Below, piece after piece: positions 35,513 to 45,797 of a DNA stretch of 64,000 bases; within the stretch, counting starts at the first letter, position 1, and each line of letters opens with the position of its first letter. The notes beneath the pieces were generated by a model. That model had not been told where the DNA came from, made no database searches, and saw nothing but the letters and a program-made list of their open reading frames with translations. The position numbers and the translations under genes were made by a program. Origin of the DNA: Candidatus Danuiimicrobium aquiferis (GTDB lineage Bacteria > Omnitrophota > Omnitrophia > Omnitrophales > Danuiimicrobiaceae); the NCBI GenBank assembly GCA_001804285.1, contig MHFR01000063.1:38901-102900 (forward strand), given 5' to 3'.

Positions 35513-36499
35513 ATGAAGTTTATGAGAGTAATTGGATTAGTCGTTCTATTATTTTTATATCATGTCGGTGTGCACGCAGAAGATTCCTTAATGTATGCTG
35601 GATCCGGTTCTGATGTGGATGGTTCGGGAAACAATCGTGTCCAACGAGGAACGACCTCGTTAACTCCTGTAAATCAAAATACAAATTATGGAGGAGAATA
35701 TCCGCCATACGCCAGTTTCATGCAATCGCCATACGGACAAACGGGTTCATTTTATCAGTCTCCTTATGATAACGCCGGCTATGGTTCTCAGATGGCGGGG
35801 CAACAGGGTCCGAATATGAATGTCGATCCTTTCGGAGCATCTGAAGTTTCGCCGTACTCTCATTACTCACCGTATATAGAAGTCATCGGGGAAGGATCTG
35901 ATTATACGCTTGGAACGGACGATGTGGTGACCATTGTTGTGCGCAACCAGCCTGATTTTTCCGGCCGTTTTGTTGTCGATCCGGAAGGAAAAGTTCAATA
36001 CAACTTTGTCGGAGATATTCCGGCCGCGGGGAAGACAAAAGAAGAGTTGAAAGCGGATATTACGAAAGCACTCCGGAAGTTTGTGCGTTATCCGGAAGTG
36101 GCTGTGATGATTTCCGAATACCGGAGCAAGGCGGTTTATGTGTTCGGTTTTGTGAACGCGCCCGGTAAATATGCGATGAAGGGAAATAAAATTTCCGTGA
36201 AAGAAGCGATTGTCGCGGCAGGGCTTCCGAGAATGGATGGCTCCTTGAATAAAGTGTATGTGATTCGTCCGTCCGATTTTACGAAAGACGGAAAACCGGC
36301 TAAAAAACAAGTCGATTTGAAGAATCTACTGATTAAAGGAGATTCGACGGATAATTTTCTTCTTGAACCGGGCGATACGATTGTAGTGAATCAAAAATAC
36401 TTTGATAAGTTTGTAAACGCGTTTTCGAGGCTGGTCGGCCCTGTGTTTCAAGCCGCTGCGGTGTATGAGTTAGGGGATGGCTTTATCAAGAAGGATTAA
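35513..36499 (+). CDS. Polysaccharide export protein (Wza/Poly_export + SLBB)
   Basis: Signal peptide; YTLGTDDVVTI, VYVFGFVNAPGKY, LEPGDTIVV. Confidence 0.85.
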   Translation: MKFMRVIGLVVLLFLYHVGVHAEDSLMYAGSGSDVDGSGNNRVQRGTTSLTPVNQNTNYGGEYPPYASFMQSPYGQTGSFYQSPYDNAGYGSQMAGQQGPNMNVDPFGASEVSPYSHYSPYIEVIGEGSDYTLGTDDVVTIVVRNQPDFSGRFVVDPEGKVQYNFVGDIPAAGKTKEELKADITKALRKFVRYPEVAVMISEYRSKAVYVFGFVNAPGKYAMKGNKISVKEAIVAAGLPRMDGSLNKVYVIRPSDFTKDGKPAKKQVDLKNLLIKGDSTDNFLLEPGDTIVVNQKYFDKFVNAFSRLVGPVFQAAAVYELGDGFIKKD

Positions 36500-36507
36500 C
36501 GATTGAG

Positions 36508-36639
36508 ATGACGATGAAGAAAAAAGGCATGCTTAAAATAGGCAGTTTATATGTGATGTATTTTTGGCCGCTTCTGATTGCTGCGGGCAGGGTTGCGACA
36601 CGAATTGTTTTGAATCTTTGGGATATGATTGAAAGTTAG
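36508..36639 (+). CDS. Possible 43-aa membrane peptide
   Basis: MTMKKKGMLKIGSLYVMYFWPLLIAAGRVATRIVLNLWDMIES fills the gap in the operon. Confidence 0.4.
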   Translation: MTMKKKGMLKIGSLYVMYFWPLLIAAGRVATRIVLNLWDMIES

Positions 36640-36668
36640 AATTTTTTTGGGAAAAGGAGATCACGAAA

Positions 36669-37883
36669 GTGAATCTACAAAGCGTTGGTCATAGTTTAAG
36701 GTTGCGAGAATATTATTATATGGCTGTCCGCCATAAATTTTATATTTTTCTCTCGATCGCAGTATCTTTGCTCGTCGCGATTAACATGGTGCTATTTCTG
36801 CCGAGGACCTATCGCGCGGAAACAATCCTGCTGGTTGAACAGGAAAACATGTTAAATCCTTTGATTAGCAATTTAGCGGTGATGCCGAGCATTGCCGGCC
36901 GGATGAAGACGCTACGCGATGAACTTCTTTCTTGGCAGAGAATTACGTTGCTGGTTGAGAAGTTGAAGCTGGATAAAAATATAAAAGGGACATACGAATA
37001 CGAACAATTGATTAAAAGTCTGCGGAGCCGGATTGGAATTAAAATGCGCGGTTACGATATTATTACGGTTAGTTTTGAAGGGCCGGATCCGAAAAAAGCG
37101 CAGGAGATTGTTCAGACACTTGGAGATATTATTATCGAAGGCAATATTACCTCGACGAACTTAGAAGCGGATGGCGCCATTAATTTTATTGATGATCAAT
37201 TAGCGGCATATCGGAAGAGACTGGAAGAGTCCGAGGTCAACCTTCGCGAATTTAAGGAAGTTTATAACCATACCCTTCCGGTGGCGACCCGGTTAAACGA
37301 AGAATTAGTATCTCTCAAGATGGAACTCAATCGCTTGCTCGTTGACAATACGGAAGAGCATCCTCGCGTGATTCAAACGCGCGCCTTGATTACACAGCTT
37401 GAAAAACAACGCGATGAAAATATGTCCCAGGCGAAGGAAGAGGGCGTCAAAATTGATCCTGCAGAATATGCCCGTTTGGTTTCGAGTGTTCCGCGCCAGG
37501 AACAGGAGCTTTCAAAGTTGCAGCGTGATTATGCGGTCAATGCCCGGATTTATGAATCGTTGTTGCAGAAATTGGAGACCGCAAAAATTTCACAAACCCT
37601 TGAAAATTCGGACAAAGGTACCAAGTTTCGGATTTTGGAGCCTGCCCGTTTACCTTTGTCACCTATAAAACCCAATAAACCGCTCATTCTTTTAGCGGGG
37701 TTATTTATAGGATTGATTTTGGGTGGGGTTATTATTTATGTTTTGGAACTCAATGATAATTCAATCAAAAATATCGATGAAGCGACGCTGCTTTTGGATT
37801 TCCCGATTTTCGGTGCGATTGCGACGATTCGGCCCGAAGAGTTGATTATGGAACAAAAACTAAGGAGTGAAGCCAGTGTATAA
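36669..37883 (+). CDS. Polysaccharide co-polymerase (Wzz/GumC-like)
   Basis: Two TMs flanking a coiled-coil region; EEHPRV, FRILEPARLPLSPIKPN. Confidence 0.85.
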   Translation: MNLQSVGHSLRLREYYYMAVRHKFYIFLSIAVSLLVAINMVLFLPRTYRAETILLVEQENMLNPLISNLAVMPSIAGRMKTLRDELLSWQRITLLVEKLKLDKNIKGTYEYEQLIKSLRSRIGIKMRGYDIITVSFEGPDPKKAQEIVQTLGDIIIEGNITSTNLEADGAINFIDDQLAAYRKRLEESEVNLREFKEVYNHTLPVATRLNEELVSLKMELNRLLVDNTEEHPRVIQTRALITQLEKQRDENMSQAKEEGVKIDPAEYARLVSSVPRQEQELSKLQRDYAVNARIYESLLQKLETAKISQTLENSDKGTKFRILEPARLPLSPIKPNKPLILLAGLFIGLILGGVIIYVLELNDNSIKNIDEATLLLDFPIFGAIATIRPEELIMEQKLRSEASV

Positions 37884-38694
37884 TCATTTTTACGGATTTC
37901 GCGAGAACCCATTTAATCAAACGCCCGATTCGGCATTTTTCTATCCGTCGGAAAAGCATAAAGCGGCGCTGGATGCCATTATGTTTGCGGTCAAACAATA
38001 CAAAGGCTTTGTTGTGATTACCGGCGAGATTGGCTGCGGTAAAACGACGGTCGTCCGGACGCTTTTGAATAAAATGCAGGGGAAACTGAAAACAGCGATG
38101 ATCACCAATACGCATCTTTCACCGAAAGGTGTGTTAACGATGATTCTTGAAGATTTGGGGGTTGAGTATCGCGAAGGCGCAAAGGATAAATTGCTTTTAC
38201 GGTTATATGATTATTTAATTCAGCAGGCGCGCGAAGGGATGAACGTCGTTTTAATTATTGATGAAGCGCAGAATTTGAACCAGACGTGTCTTGAAGAAAT
38301 CCGGATGCTTTCCAATTTGGAAACCGAAAAAGAAAAATTAGTTCAGATCGTATTGGTCGGCCAGCCGGAACTCCGGAAAAAACTCGAGCTTCCGAACCTG
38401 GAACAGCTCCGGCAGCGGATTTCGATTCATTATCATTTAACGCCTCTCGGCGAACGGGAAACAAAGGCGTATATCCTTCACCGGTTAAATGTGGCGAAAA
38501 TGAATGGCGTAGGTTATGAATCGTTGTTTAATGAAGAAGCTTATGAAAGTATTTACCGGTTGTCACGGGGCATTCCTCGAATGATCAACCATGTTTGCGA
38601 TCATGCACTTCTAACGGGGTGTTTGATGGAAGCCAGAATTGTCACGAAAGAAATTGTTGAAGAGACAATGTCAGAAATTTGTATACGGGGGTAA
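37867..38694 (+). CDS. ExeA-like AAA ATPase
   Basis: YGFRENPF..TPD, TGEIGCGKTT, IIDEAQNL, LVGQPEL, GIPRMIN. Confidence 0.88.
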   Translation: MKPVYNHFYGFRENPFNQTPDSAFFYPSEKHKAALDAIMFAVKQYKGFVVITGEIGCGKTTVVRTLLNKMQGKLKTAMITNTHLSPKGVLTMILEDLGVEYREGAKDKLLLRLYDYLIQQAREGMNVVLIIDEAQNLNQTCLEEIRMLSNLETEKEKLVQIVLVGQPELRKKLELPNLEQLRQRISIHYHLTPLGERETKAYILHRLNVAKMNGVGYESLFNEEAYESIYRLSRGIPRMINHVCDHALLTGCLMEARIVTKEIVEETMSEICIRG

Positions 38695-38706
38695 TCATTA
38701 CAACAA

Positions 38707-39714
38707 ATGAGCAAATACACAAAGGCGTTAGAAAAGATCCAGCAGAACAAACTTGAGAAAGAGCATGGCGAATCGCCGTATATTTCGGCGTTTAACATGA
38801 ACGAATCTGAAAACGAAAAGAGCATTGATTGGCAGCACGGCATTGTCAAAATCAAAAATGCAATTCCGGACCGGCGTGTGGTGACGTTCCATTTTTCAGA
38901 TGCATCCGTATCGGAGCAATACCGGATGCTGAAGTTGAATTTAAAAAATCATCTGGCCGGGGATTTCCCGAAAGTGATCATGGTTTCAAGTTCGGTTAAT
39001 GGGGAAGGCAAATCTGTTACGGCCGCTAATTTGGCTGTTTCTCTTGCGGAGGATGCAAATACAAAAGTCGCTTTGGTCGATGCCGATTTGCGGCGCGGAA
39101 GAATCGGTGAATATATGGGGATCGGGCGCAAGTTGGAAGGCGTTTCCGAATTTCTGATGAGCGAAGATCATTTGAATATTAAGAAAATCATGTACAAGAG
39201 TGTTATTGAAAACCTGATTGTGATACCGGCCGGAAAGCTGATGATTAATCCGTCCCGCCTGATCAGCTCGGGAAAAATCAGGGAATTGGTTACGGAATTG
39301 CGTGCGTATTTCGATTATGTGATTGTCGATACCCCGCCGATTATGCCGGTGGCCGATGCGGGAATTATCGGGCGCGATGTGGACGGTCTTCTCATGGTGA
39401 TTCAGGTCGGGAGAACGCCAAAGAGTGTGATTGCGCATTCGAACCAGTTATTTAAACAAACCGGCGCGAAATTGCTCGGTTATGTTTTAACGAATGTCGA
39501 GTACCAATCATCCGATTATAAATATTATCGTTATAATTATTACCGTGACGGAATGGAAAAAGAACGAAAAGGAATGGGGGGGTGGATTTCGAAAAAGGCG
39601 AAAAAAGCCGGAACCGGATTTCAAAATCTCGAAGAAAACTTTAATCAGTGGTGGGATAAGAAAGTTTTGAAAAAAGAAAGTCAACAGACAGGAGACGAGG
39701 GGCACGAGACATAA
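38707..39714 (+). CDS. CpsD/CapB family BY tyrosine kinase
   Basis: SEQYR, GEGKS, VDADLRR, IVDTPP, Tyr cluster YQSSDYKYYRYNYY. Confidence 0.9.
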   Translation: MSKYTKALEKIQQNKLEKEHGESPYISAFNMNESENEKSIDWQHGIVKIKNAIPDRRVVTFHFSDASVSEQYRMLKLNLKNHLAGDFPKVIMVSSSVNGEGKSVTAANLAVSLAEDANTKVALVDADLRRGRIGEYMGIGRKLEGVSEFLMSEDHLNIKKIMYKSVIENLIVIPAGKLMINPSRLISSGKIRELVTELRAYFDYVIVDTPPIMPVADAGIIGRDVDGLLMVIQVGRTPKSVIAHSNQLFKQTGAKLLGYVLTNVEYQSSDYKYYRYNYYRDGMEKERKGMGGWISKKAKKAGTGFQNLEENFNQWWDKKVLKKESQQTGDEGHET

Positions 39715-39719
39715 AGTCT

Positions 39720-39798
39720 GTCATCCCCGCGAAAGCGGGGATCCATAAGTCAGGAAGGACCAAATTGTGCAATAGATTCCCGCTTTCGCGGGAATGAC
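39720..39798. repeat. GTCAT-type palindromic element
   Basis: gtcatccccgcgaaagcggggatcc...gattcccgctttcgcgggaatgac. Confidence 0.85.
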
Positions 39799-39844
39799 AC
39801 AAATTTACAGAATTTTACTAAAATACAAAAGGAGCAAAACAACA

Positions 39845-40792
39845 ATGTCAAAGTGTTTGGTAACAGGTGGAGCGGGGTTTATCGGTTCAAATTTAGTGGA
39901 TGGATTGGTGGCGTGCGGACACGACGTCCGTGTGTTCGACAATTTATCGACGGGGAAAAGGGAAAATTTAGCGCAGCATGGTTCCAAAATCGAATTGGCC
40001 GTCGGCGATTTAAGAAATCCGGAAGCCATCATGAACGCGGTTCAAGGAATGGATTATGTGTTTCACATGGCTGCATTGCGTGCGGTATTACGATCAGTTG
40101 ATAATCCGATGGAAACAAATGACGTCAATGTGACCGGAACGTTAAATGTTCTAATTGCTTCAAAAGAAGCCGGTGTGAAGCGTCTTGTTTTTACCTCGTC
40201 TTCGTCCGTTTACGGGGATACCGAAGAATTTCCGTTAAAAGAAACATCAACGCCCAATCCGCAATCGCCTTATGCGGCTTCGAAAATTATGGGAGAATAT
40301 TATTCCAAATTATTTACGCGGCTTTACGGCCTTGAAACCGTCAGCCTTCGCTATTTTAATGTATTCGGTCCGCGGCAAAACCCGGAATCGGTATATTCAG
40401 CGGTGATTCCGATTTTTATCGATGCGCTGCTCAAGAAACAATCACCTGAAATTCATTGGGATGGAAAACAATCCCGTGATTTTTCTTTTGTGGACAATGT
40501 GGTCGAAGGGAATTTATGCGCCATGACGGCGCCGGGAGTGGCCGGAGAAGTTTTTAATATTGCTTGCCACGAAGAATATTCCGTGCTCGACATTTTTAAC
40601 GGCATTAAAGAGATTCTCAAAATCCAGGATATTGAGCCTGTGTTCAAGCCGAAACGTGCTGGAGACGTCCGGCGTACGTTTGCGGATATTTCAAAGTCCG
40701 AAAAATTGCTTGGCTTTAAGGTTCAGACGCGGTTTAAGGAAGGCCTTGCGAAGACGGTGGAGTGGTTTTTAAGTTCAGGGGTATTAAAATAA
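39845..40792 (+). CDS. NAD-dependent nucleotide-sugar epimerase (WbpP/GalE-like)
   Basis: VTGGAGFIGS, SSSSVYG, SPYAASK, LRYFNVFGPRQ. Confidence 0.92.
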   Translation: MSKCLVTGGAGFIGSNLVDGLVACGHDVRVFDNLSTGKRENLAQHGSKIELAVGDLRNPEAIMNAVQGMDYVFHMAALRAVLRSVDNPMETNDVNVTGTLNVLIASKEAGVKRLVFTSSSSVYGDTEEFPLKETSTPNPQSPYAASKIMGEYYSKLFTRLYGLETVSLRYFNVFGPRQNPESVYSAVIPIFIDALLKKQSPEIHWDGKQSRDFSFVDNVVEGNLCAMTAPGVAGEVFNIACHEEYSVLDIFNGIKEILKIQDIEPVFKPKRAGDVRRTFADISKSEKLLGFKVQTRFKEGLAKTVEWFLSSGVLK

Positions 40793-40875
40793 AGTTTCGA
40801 GTTTAGAGTTTAAACTTTGAACTTTAAACTTTGAACTCTAAACTCTAAACTCTAAACTCGAAACTCAGAACTAAA
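40793..40875. repeat. Heptamer tandem repeat tract (AACTYTR-like) with an inverted left arm
   Basis: agtttcgagtttagagttt then aactttg aacttta aactttg aactcta aactcta aactcta aactcga aactcag. Confidence 0.8.
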
Positions 40876-40894
40876 TAACAAGGAACTCAGAACT

Positions 40895-42733
40895 ATGTGC
40901 GGTATCATTGGTTATATCGGTGAAAAAAAAGTAAGTGATGTCCTCGTGAAAGGTCTGTCTCGTTTGGAATATCGCGGGTACGACTCCGCGGGAATCGCTG
41001 TTTTAAATGAAGACGGCATTTCAGTCTTTAAAGAGGCCGGAAAGCTATCTCAGTTAAAACAGATGATCCATGGGGTTGAATTAACCGGGCATTTAGGTAT
41101 TGCACACACGCGTTGGGCGACACATGGAGAACCTTCCCAGAGAAATGCACACCCGCATACAGATTGCACGGAAACCGTAGCAATCGTCCACAACGGAATT
41201 ATCGAAAACCACGAAGAAATCCGGGCATCGCTTATCCGGCAGGGCCATGAATTTCGGTCGGATACGGATTCCGAAGTGATTGCGCATTTAATCGAAGAAT
41301 ATCATGTGAAAAAAGGGATGAGTTTGGTACAAGCGGTTCGTGTCATGCTTGGGCAATTGGAAGGTAGTTATGCGTTATGCGCAATCAGCCAAAAAGATTT
41401 AAATCAATTTGTCGCTGCCCGGAATGGCAGCCCGCTTGTCGTGGGAGTCGGCCGCGGTGAAAATTTAGTTGCTTCAGATGCGCCGGCGCTTCTCGATCAT
41501 ACCCGTCATGTGATTTTTCTTGATGATCATCAGATGGCGGTGATCAAGCGTGATAGCGTTGAAATTTTTGATCAACACGGAAAACCGGTCAAGCATGAGG
41601 TTCATCGAATTGATTGGGATGCAGATGAAGCTTCGAAACAAGGTTATGATCACTTCATGCTCAAGGAAATCGAAGAGCAGGCGGATATGGTGGAACGGAT
41701 TCTCCGGACAAGATTGCGGGGGGAACTTTCGGAGCATTTATTTGATGTTTTAAAATTTGATCAATCCGAATTTAACAACGTTGAACGAATTGTGATTCAA
41801 GGATGCGGAACTTCATGGCATGCGGCGTTGATCGGGAAATTTTTATTTGAAGCATTAGCCGGTTTGCCGACCGAGGTGGACGTTTCGTCCGAATTCCGGT
41901 ATCGCCATTTGGTGTATCAACCGAATACGCTGGTTTTGTCGATTACTCAGTCCGGCGAAACGATTGATACCTTAATGGGTGTCCGGCGAGGGAAATCTCA
42001 AACCTATAAAACGGTTTCGATCTGTAACGTGCTCGGTAGTACGATTGCCCGTGAATCGGACGGTGTGATTTATACGCAAGCAGGGCCTGAGATCGGGGTT
42101 GCATCAACCAAAGCTTATTTGGCGCAAATGACCATTTTGATTTTATTGAGTTTATATTTTGGAAAAACGAGAAATAAAATCAGCGGGTCAATTTATGATG
42201 AATTTGTTTCTGAATTGCGGACGATTCCCTCAAAATTAAAACAGGTGATTCAAGAAAAAGAAAAAATCCGTGAAATTGCGTTGAAGTATTATGAAGCGCG
42301 CGATTTCCTTTTTTTGTCGAGAGGAATTAACTATCCGAATGCGCACGAGGGTGCGTTGAAAATTAAAGAAATCGGATACATTCACGCGACCGGGCATCCG
42401 GCCGGTGAAATGAAGCACGGGCCGATTGCTTTGATTGATGAGAAAATGCCGGTAGTGTGTATCGCGGTCCGATCCAGTGTTTATGAGAAAATGATTTCGA
42501 ATATCCGGGAAGTCAAAGCGCGCCACGGCAAAGTGATTGCGATTGCGACAGAAGGAGACTCATCGATTAAAAGCATAGTGGATGATTGTGTTTACATTCC
42601 GGCCTGCAGCGAATTTTTATCGCCTTTGCTCGTGGCAGTTCCGCTTCAATATCTTGCTTACTATGTTTCGGTGCTCCGCGGCAATGACGTGGACCAGCCG
42701 AGGAATCTGGCAAAAAGTGTGACGGTAGAGTGA
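40895..42733 (+). CDS. glmS: Glutamine--fructose-6-phosphate transaminase
   Basis: MCGIIG, LEYRGYDSAG, HTRWATHG, DQPRNLAKSVTVE. Confidence 0.98.
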   Translation: MCGIIGYIGEKKVSDVLVKGLSRLEYRGYDSAGIAVLNEDGISVFKEAGKLSQLKQMIHGVELTGHLGIAHTRWATHGEPSQRNAHPHTDCTETVAIVHNGIIENHEEIRASLIRQGHEFRSDTDSEVIAHLIEEYHVKKGMSLVQAVRVMLGQLEGSYALCAISQKDLNQFVAARNGSPLVVGVGRGENLVASDAPALLDHTRHVIFLDDHQMAVIKRDSVEIFDQHGKPVKHEVHRIDWDADEASKQGYDHFMLKEIEEQADMVERILRTRLRGELSEHLFDVLKFDQSEFNNVERIVIQGCGTSWHAALIGKFLFEALAGLPTEVDVSSEFRYRHLVYQPNTLVLSITQSGETIDTLMGVRRGKSQTYKTVSICNVLGSTIARESDGVIYTQAGPEIGVASTKAYLAQMTILILLSLYFGKTRNKISGSIYDEFVSELRTIPSKLKQVIQEKEKIREIALKYYEARDFLFLSRGINYPNAHEGALKIKEIGYIHATGHPAGEMKHGPIALIDEKMPVVCIAVRSSVYEKMISNIREVKARHGKVIAIATEGDSSIKSIVDDCVYIPACSEFLSPLLVAVPLQYLAYYVSVLRGNDVDQPRNLAKSVTVE

Positions 42734-42783
42734 GGAGTCGACAGAAGACAGCTTACTAAAGATAACAAGGAGAATCAATACCA

Positions 42784-44094
42784 ATGCAAACATCAACACA
42801 ACAACAACTGAACGAAAAAATCCGCACCAAAACCATCCGCGCCGGTATCATCGGCCTTGGTTATGTGGGGTTGCCGCTTGCGGTGGAGTTTGCGCGTGCC
42901 GGCGTCGAAGTGATCGGAATCGATATTGATTCGAAGAAGGTGACGAGTGTCCAGCAAGGGAAGTCATATATTTTAGATGTGAAGGAATCGGACGTTGCAA
43001 CGTTTGTGAAACGGGAAAAGTTACACGCGACGACGGATTTCAGCGTGATTGCGAATCTCGATACCGTCAATATTTGCGTTCCCACACCGCTCCGGAAATC
43101 GAAAGATCCGGATATTTCCTATATTGTGGCCGCGACACAGGAAATCGCGAAATATGTACATCCGGGGATGCTGATTATCCTTGAAAGCACGACTTATCCC
43201 GGAACGACGGAGGAAGTGATCCTTCCGATGCTTGAGGAGAAAGGGCTTAAAGTCGGAAAAGATTTTTTTCTCGCATTTTCCCCCGAGCGCGTAGATCCGG
43301 GCAATCCCAAATATCACACGGGCAATATCCCGAAAGTGGTCGGAGGCGTGACAAAAGAGTGCACGGAACTTGCCGCGGCTTTCTATGGTCTCGTCATGGA
43401 TACCGTTTGCAGAGTTAAATCAGCGAGTTCGGCCGAAATGGTGAAACTCTTAGAAAACACGTTCCGCAGCGTCAATATCGGGCTTGTGAACGAACTCTGC
43501 CAGATGTGCGCCAAAATGAATTTGGATGTTTGGGAAATTATCGATGCTGCTTCGACGAAACCGTTTGGCTATATGCCGTTTTATCCCGGGCCGGGAATCG
43601 GCGGGCATTGTATTCCGCTCGATCCGCATTATCTCGCATGGAAGGCGAGAAGCTATGGATTTGCGCCGCGTTTTATTGAGCTGGCGAGTGAAGTGAATGA
43701 AAGTATGCCTGAATTTGTGGTCCGGAAGGCACAGGATGTTTTGAATGAAAAAGGAAGAGCGCTTAAAGGTGCGAATGTCCGGATTCTTGGCGTGACGTAT
43801 AAAAAAAATATATCGGATCAGCGGGAATCGCCCGCGCACAGCATCATTGAGATTTTACTCAAAAAGGGCGCTTACGTTTCGTGTTCGGATCCGTTTGTGC
43901 CGGAATACCAAGTGGAAGATAAGTCTTTTAAGTCACTTCCGGTTGACGAGCAAAGCAAAGATGTCGATCTCGCTATTTTGGTCACCGATCACGACCAGTT
44001 TGACAAACAGAAACTGCTCGACACCTTTAAAACTATTTTGGATACCCGTAACGCATTCCGAGACAATCCATCCGCGAAGGTGGTGAAGATTTAG
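42784..44094 (+). CDS. Nucleotide-sugar dehydrogenase (UDP-GlcNAc 6-dehydrogenase, WbpA-like)
   Basis: IGLGYVGLPLA, ESTTYPGTT, FSPERVDPG, GIGGHCIPLDP. Confidence 0.92.
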   Translation: MQTSTQQQLNEKIRTKTIRAGIIGLGYVGLPLAVEFARAGVEVIGIDIDSKKVTSVQQGKSYILDVKESDVATFVKREKLHATTDFSVIANLDTVNICVPTPLRKSKDPDISYIVAATQEIAKYVHPGMLIILESTTYPGTTEEVILPMLEEKGLKVGKDFFLAFSPERVDPGNPKYHTGNIPKVVGGVTKECTELAAAFYGLVMDTVCRVKSASSAEMVKLLENTFRSVNIGLVNELCQMCAKMNLDVWEIIDAASTKPFGYMPFYPGPGIGGHCIPLDPHYLAWKARSYGFAPRFIELASEVNESMPEFVVRKAQDVLNEKGRALKGANVRILGVTYKKNISDQRESPAHSIIEILLKKGAYVSCSDPFVPEYQVEDKSFKSLPVDEQSKDVDLAILVTDHDQFDKQKLLDTFKTILDTRNAFRDNPSAKVVKI

Positions 44095-44115
44095 GACGAA
44101 GAAAATGGAGCCTTT

Positions 44116-44266
44116 GTCATTCCCGCCAAAAAACGCGGCGGGCTTGCCCGCTATGCTTTTTAGCGGCACTGACATGCATTAAAAACATGATTATTATTTA
44201 ATAGGTGGTCAGTACCGTCCTTAACTTCCCATGAAGGACTTATTAGGTTGTTAAGGGCGGGAATCC
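44116..44266. repeat. Half GTCAT element with a nested CCCGCC hairpin and a 93-bp twin-hairpin module (44164-44256)
   Basis: Module closely matches 55133-55225. Confidence 0.7.
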
Positions 44267-44307
44267 AGCGAATTTGAGGCCTGACTTCGCATCGTCTTAA
44301 AACATTT

Positions 44308-45795
44308 ATGACAACATCCCTCAAACATAAAACAGTCTCCGGCGTCAAGTGGCAGATGATCAACAAGATCACGCAAAAAGTGATCTCTGTCGGAACCTTT
44401 GCTGTCTTAGCACGTATCCTCGATCCTTCCACATTCGGTCTGTTTGCAATGGCGTTTATTTTAATCGATGGTTTCCAGATCTTTAAATCCTTTGGGTTCG
44501 ATTCCGCGCTCATTCAAAGAAAAGAGAATATCGAAGAGGCTTCGCATACCGCATATTTCATCGTGCAGGGAACGGGCGTTTTGATGTTCTTACTTTGTTA
44601 TCTTGCGGCGCCTGTTGCTGCAGGTTTTCTTCATAATCAGGAAGTGACTTCTATTATTCGCGCGCTCGGATTTATTTTTGTGTTTAGCAGCTTTGCCAGA
44701 ATACCTTCCACACTATTGACGAAGCAAATGCGTTTCAACGTCCTTGCCATGATTGATCTGATTGGAGCAGTTGTGAATTCTGCGGTCGCGATTACTCTGG
44801 CTTTGATTTCTCCGACGGTTTGGGCGCTTGTATGGGCCTATCTTCTAAAACAGCTGACAGTCGCAATTCTAACACGTAAATTTTCCGGTTACAGGTTGAA
44901 GTGGAAGTTCGATACAAAGGTTGCTCGGGAACTTTTCCGTTTTGGGAAGTTTATGATGGGGCTTAGCATTCTTTATTACTTTAATGACAACATCAATAAT
45001 ATTGTCATCGCGAAAATTTTGGGGGCTACGGCATTAGGATACTATGCGCTCTCTGCGAACATTGGTAATTTTATCAACACACATTTCACATATTTGCTCG
45101 AAGGAGTCATGTTTCCTGCTTATTCATCTATTCAACAGGATAGGGAAGAAGTAAAACGAGTTTACCTGAAGACTGTTAAGCTTGTTTCAATTGTTGCGTT
45201 TCCGTTTTGCATCCTGCTTATATTTCTTGCTAAAGAATTTACATTAACGCTTTATGGTGCAAAGTGGCTGCCGATAGTCCCTTTGATTCGGTTTTTTGGC
45301 GTTATTCAAATGGTTGTTCCCGTCTATGTCTGTTCAGGTTCATTATTTATGGGCTGCGGAAGGCCGGATTATTTGCAGCGAATTGCACTTTATCAACTTC
45401 TTCTTCAAATTCCAGCATTAATTCTTTTCACGAAATATTTAGGTGTGATAGGAGCTGTTGTCGCGGTGTTTGTTACTTTTTGGAGTTTCTTACCACTAAA
45501 TATAAATTGGGTACGGGGCCTTGTTAAATTTCAAATCAAAGAGTTCCTGCAGCAATTCTTGCCGTCTATTTATTGTGCGGGAGCAATGACTCTTGTGATG
45601 CTGGCTATAAAATTACTTGCTTGTTATTCGACGTTCTCATTTTTGAATACGAACTATCTTGTGTCTTTGTTTGTGCTGGCTTTTAGTGGAGCCGTTGCGT
45701 ATGTTGTTGCTTTTTTTTATGTTGATCGAGCATTGGCGTTGGAAACTAAACAATTGATTCTAAATTTCAATTTTATGAAGAAAGGCGACAGATAA
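44308..45795 (+). CDS. wzx: Polysaccharide flippase (WzxC-like)
   Basis: LARILDPSTFGL, ALIQRK, LGYYALS; many TM segments. Confidence 0.88.
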   Translation: MTTSLKHKTVSGVKWQMINKITQKVISVGTFAVLARILDPSTFGLFAMAFILIDGFQIFKSFGFDSALIQRKENIEEASHTAYFIVQGTGVLMFLLCYLAAPVAAGFLHNQEVTSIIRALGFIFVFSSFARIPSTLLTKQMRFNVLAMIDLIGAVVNSAVAITLALISPTVWALVWAYLLKQLTVAILTRKFSGYRLKWKFDTKVARELFRFGKFMMGLSILYYFNDNINNIVIAKILGATALGYYALSANIGNFINTHFTYLLEGVMFPAYSSIQQDREEVKRVYLKTVKLVSIVAFPFCILLIFLAKEFTLTLYGAKWLPIVPLIRFFGVIQMVVPVYVCSGSLFMGCGRPDYLQRIALYQLLLQIPALILFTKYLGVIGAVVAVFVTFWSFLPLNINWVRGLVKFQIKEFLQQFLPSIYCAGAMTLVMLAIKLLACYSTFSFLNTNYLVSLFVLAFSGAVAYVVAFFYVDRALALETKQLILNFNFMKKGDR

Positions 45796-45797
45796 AA

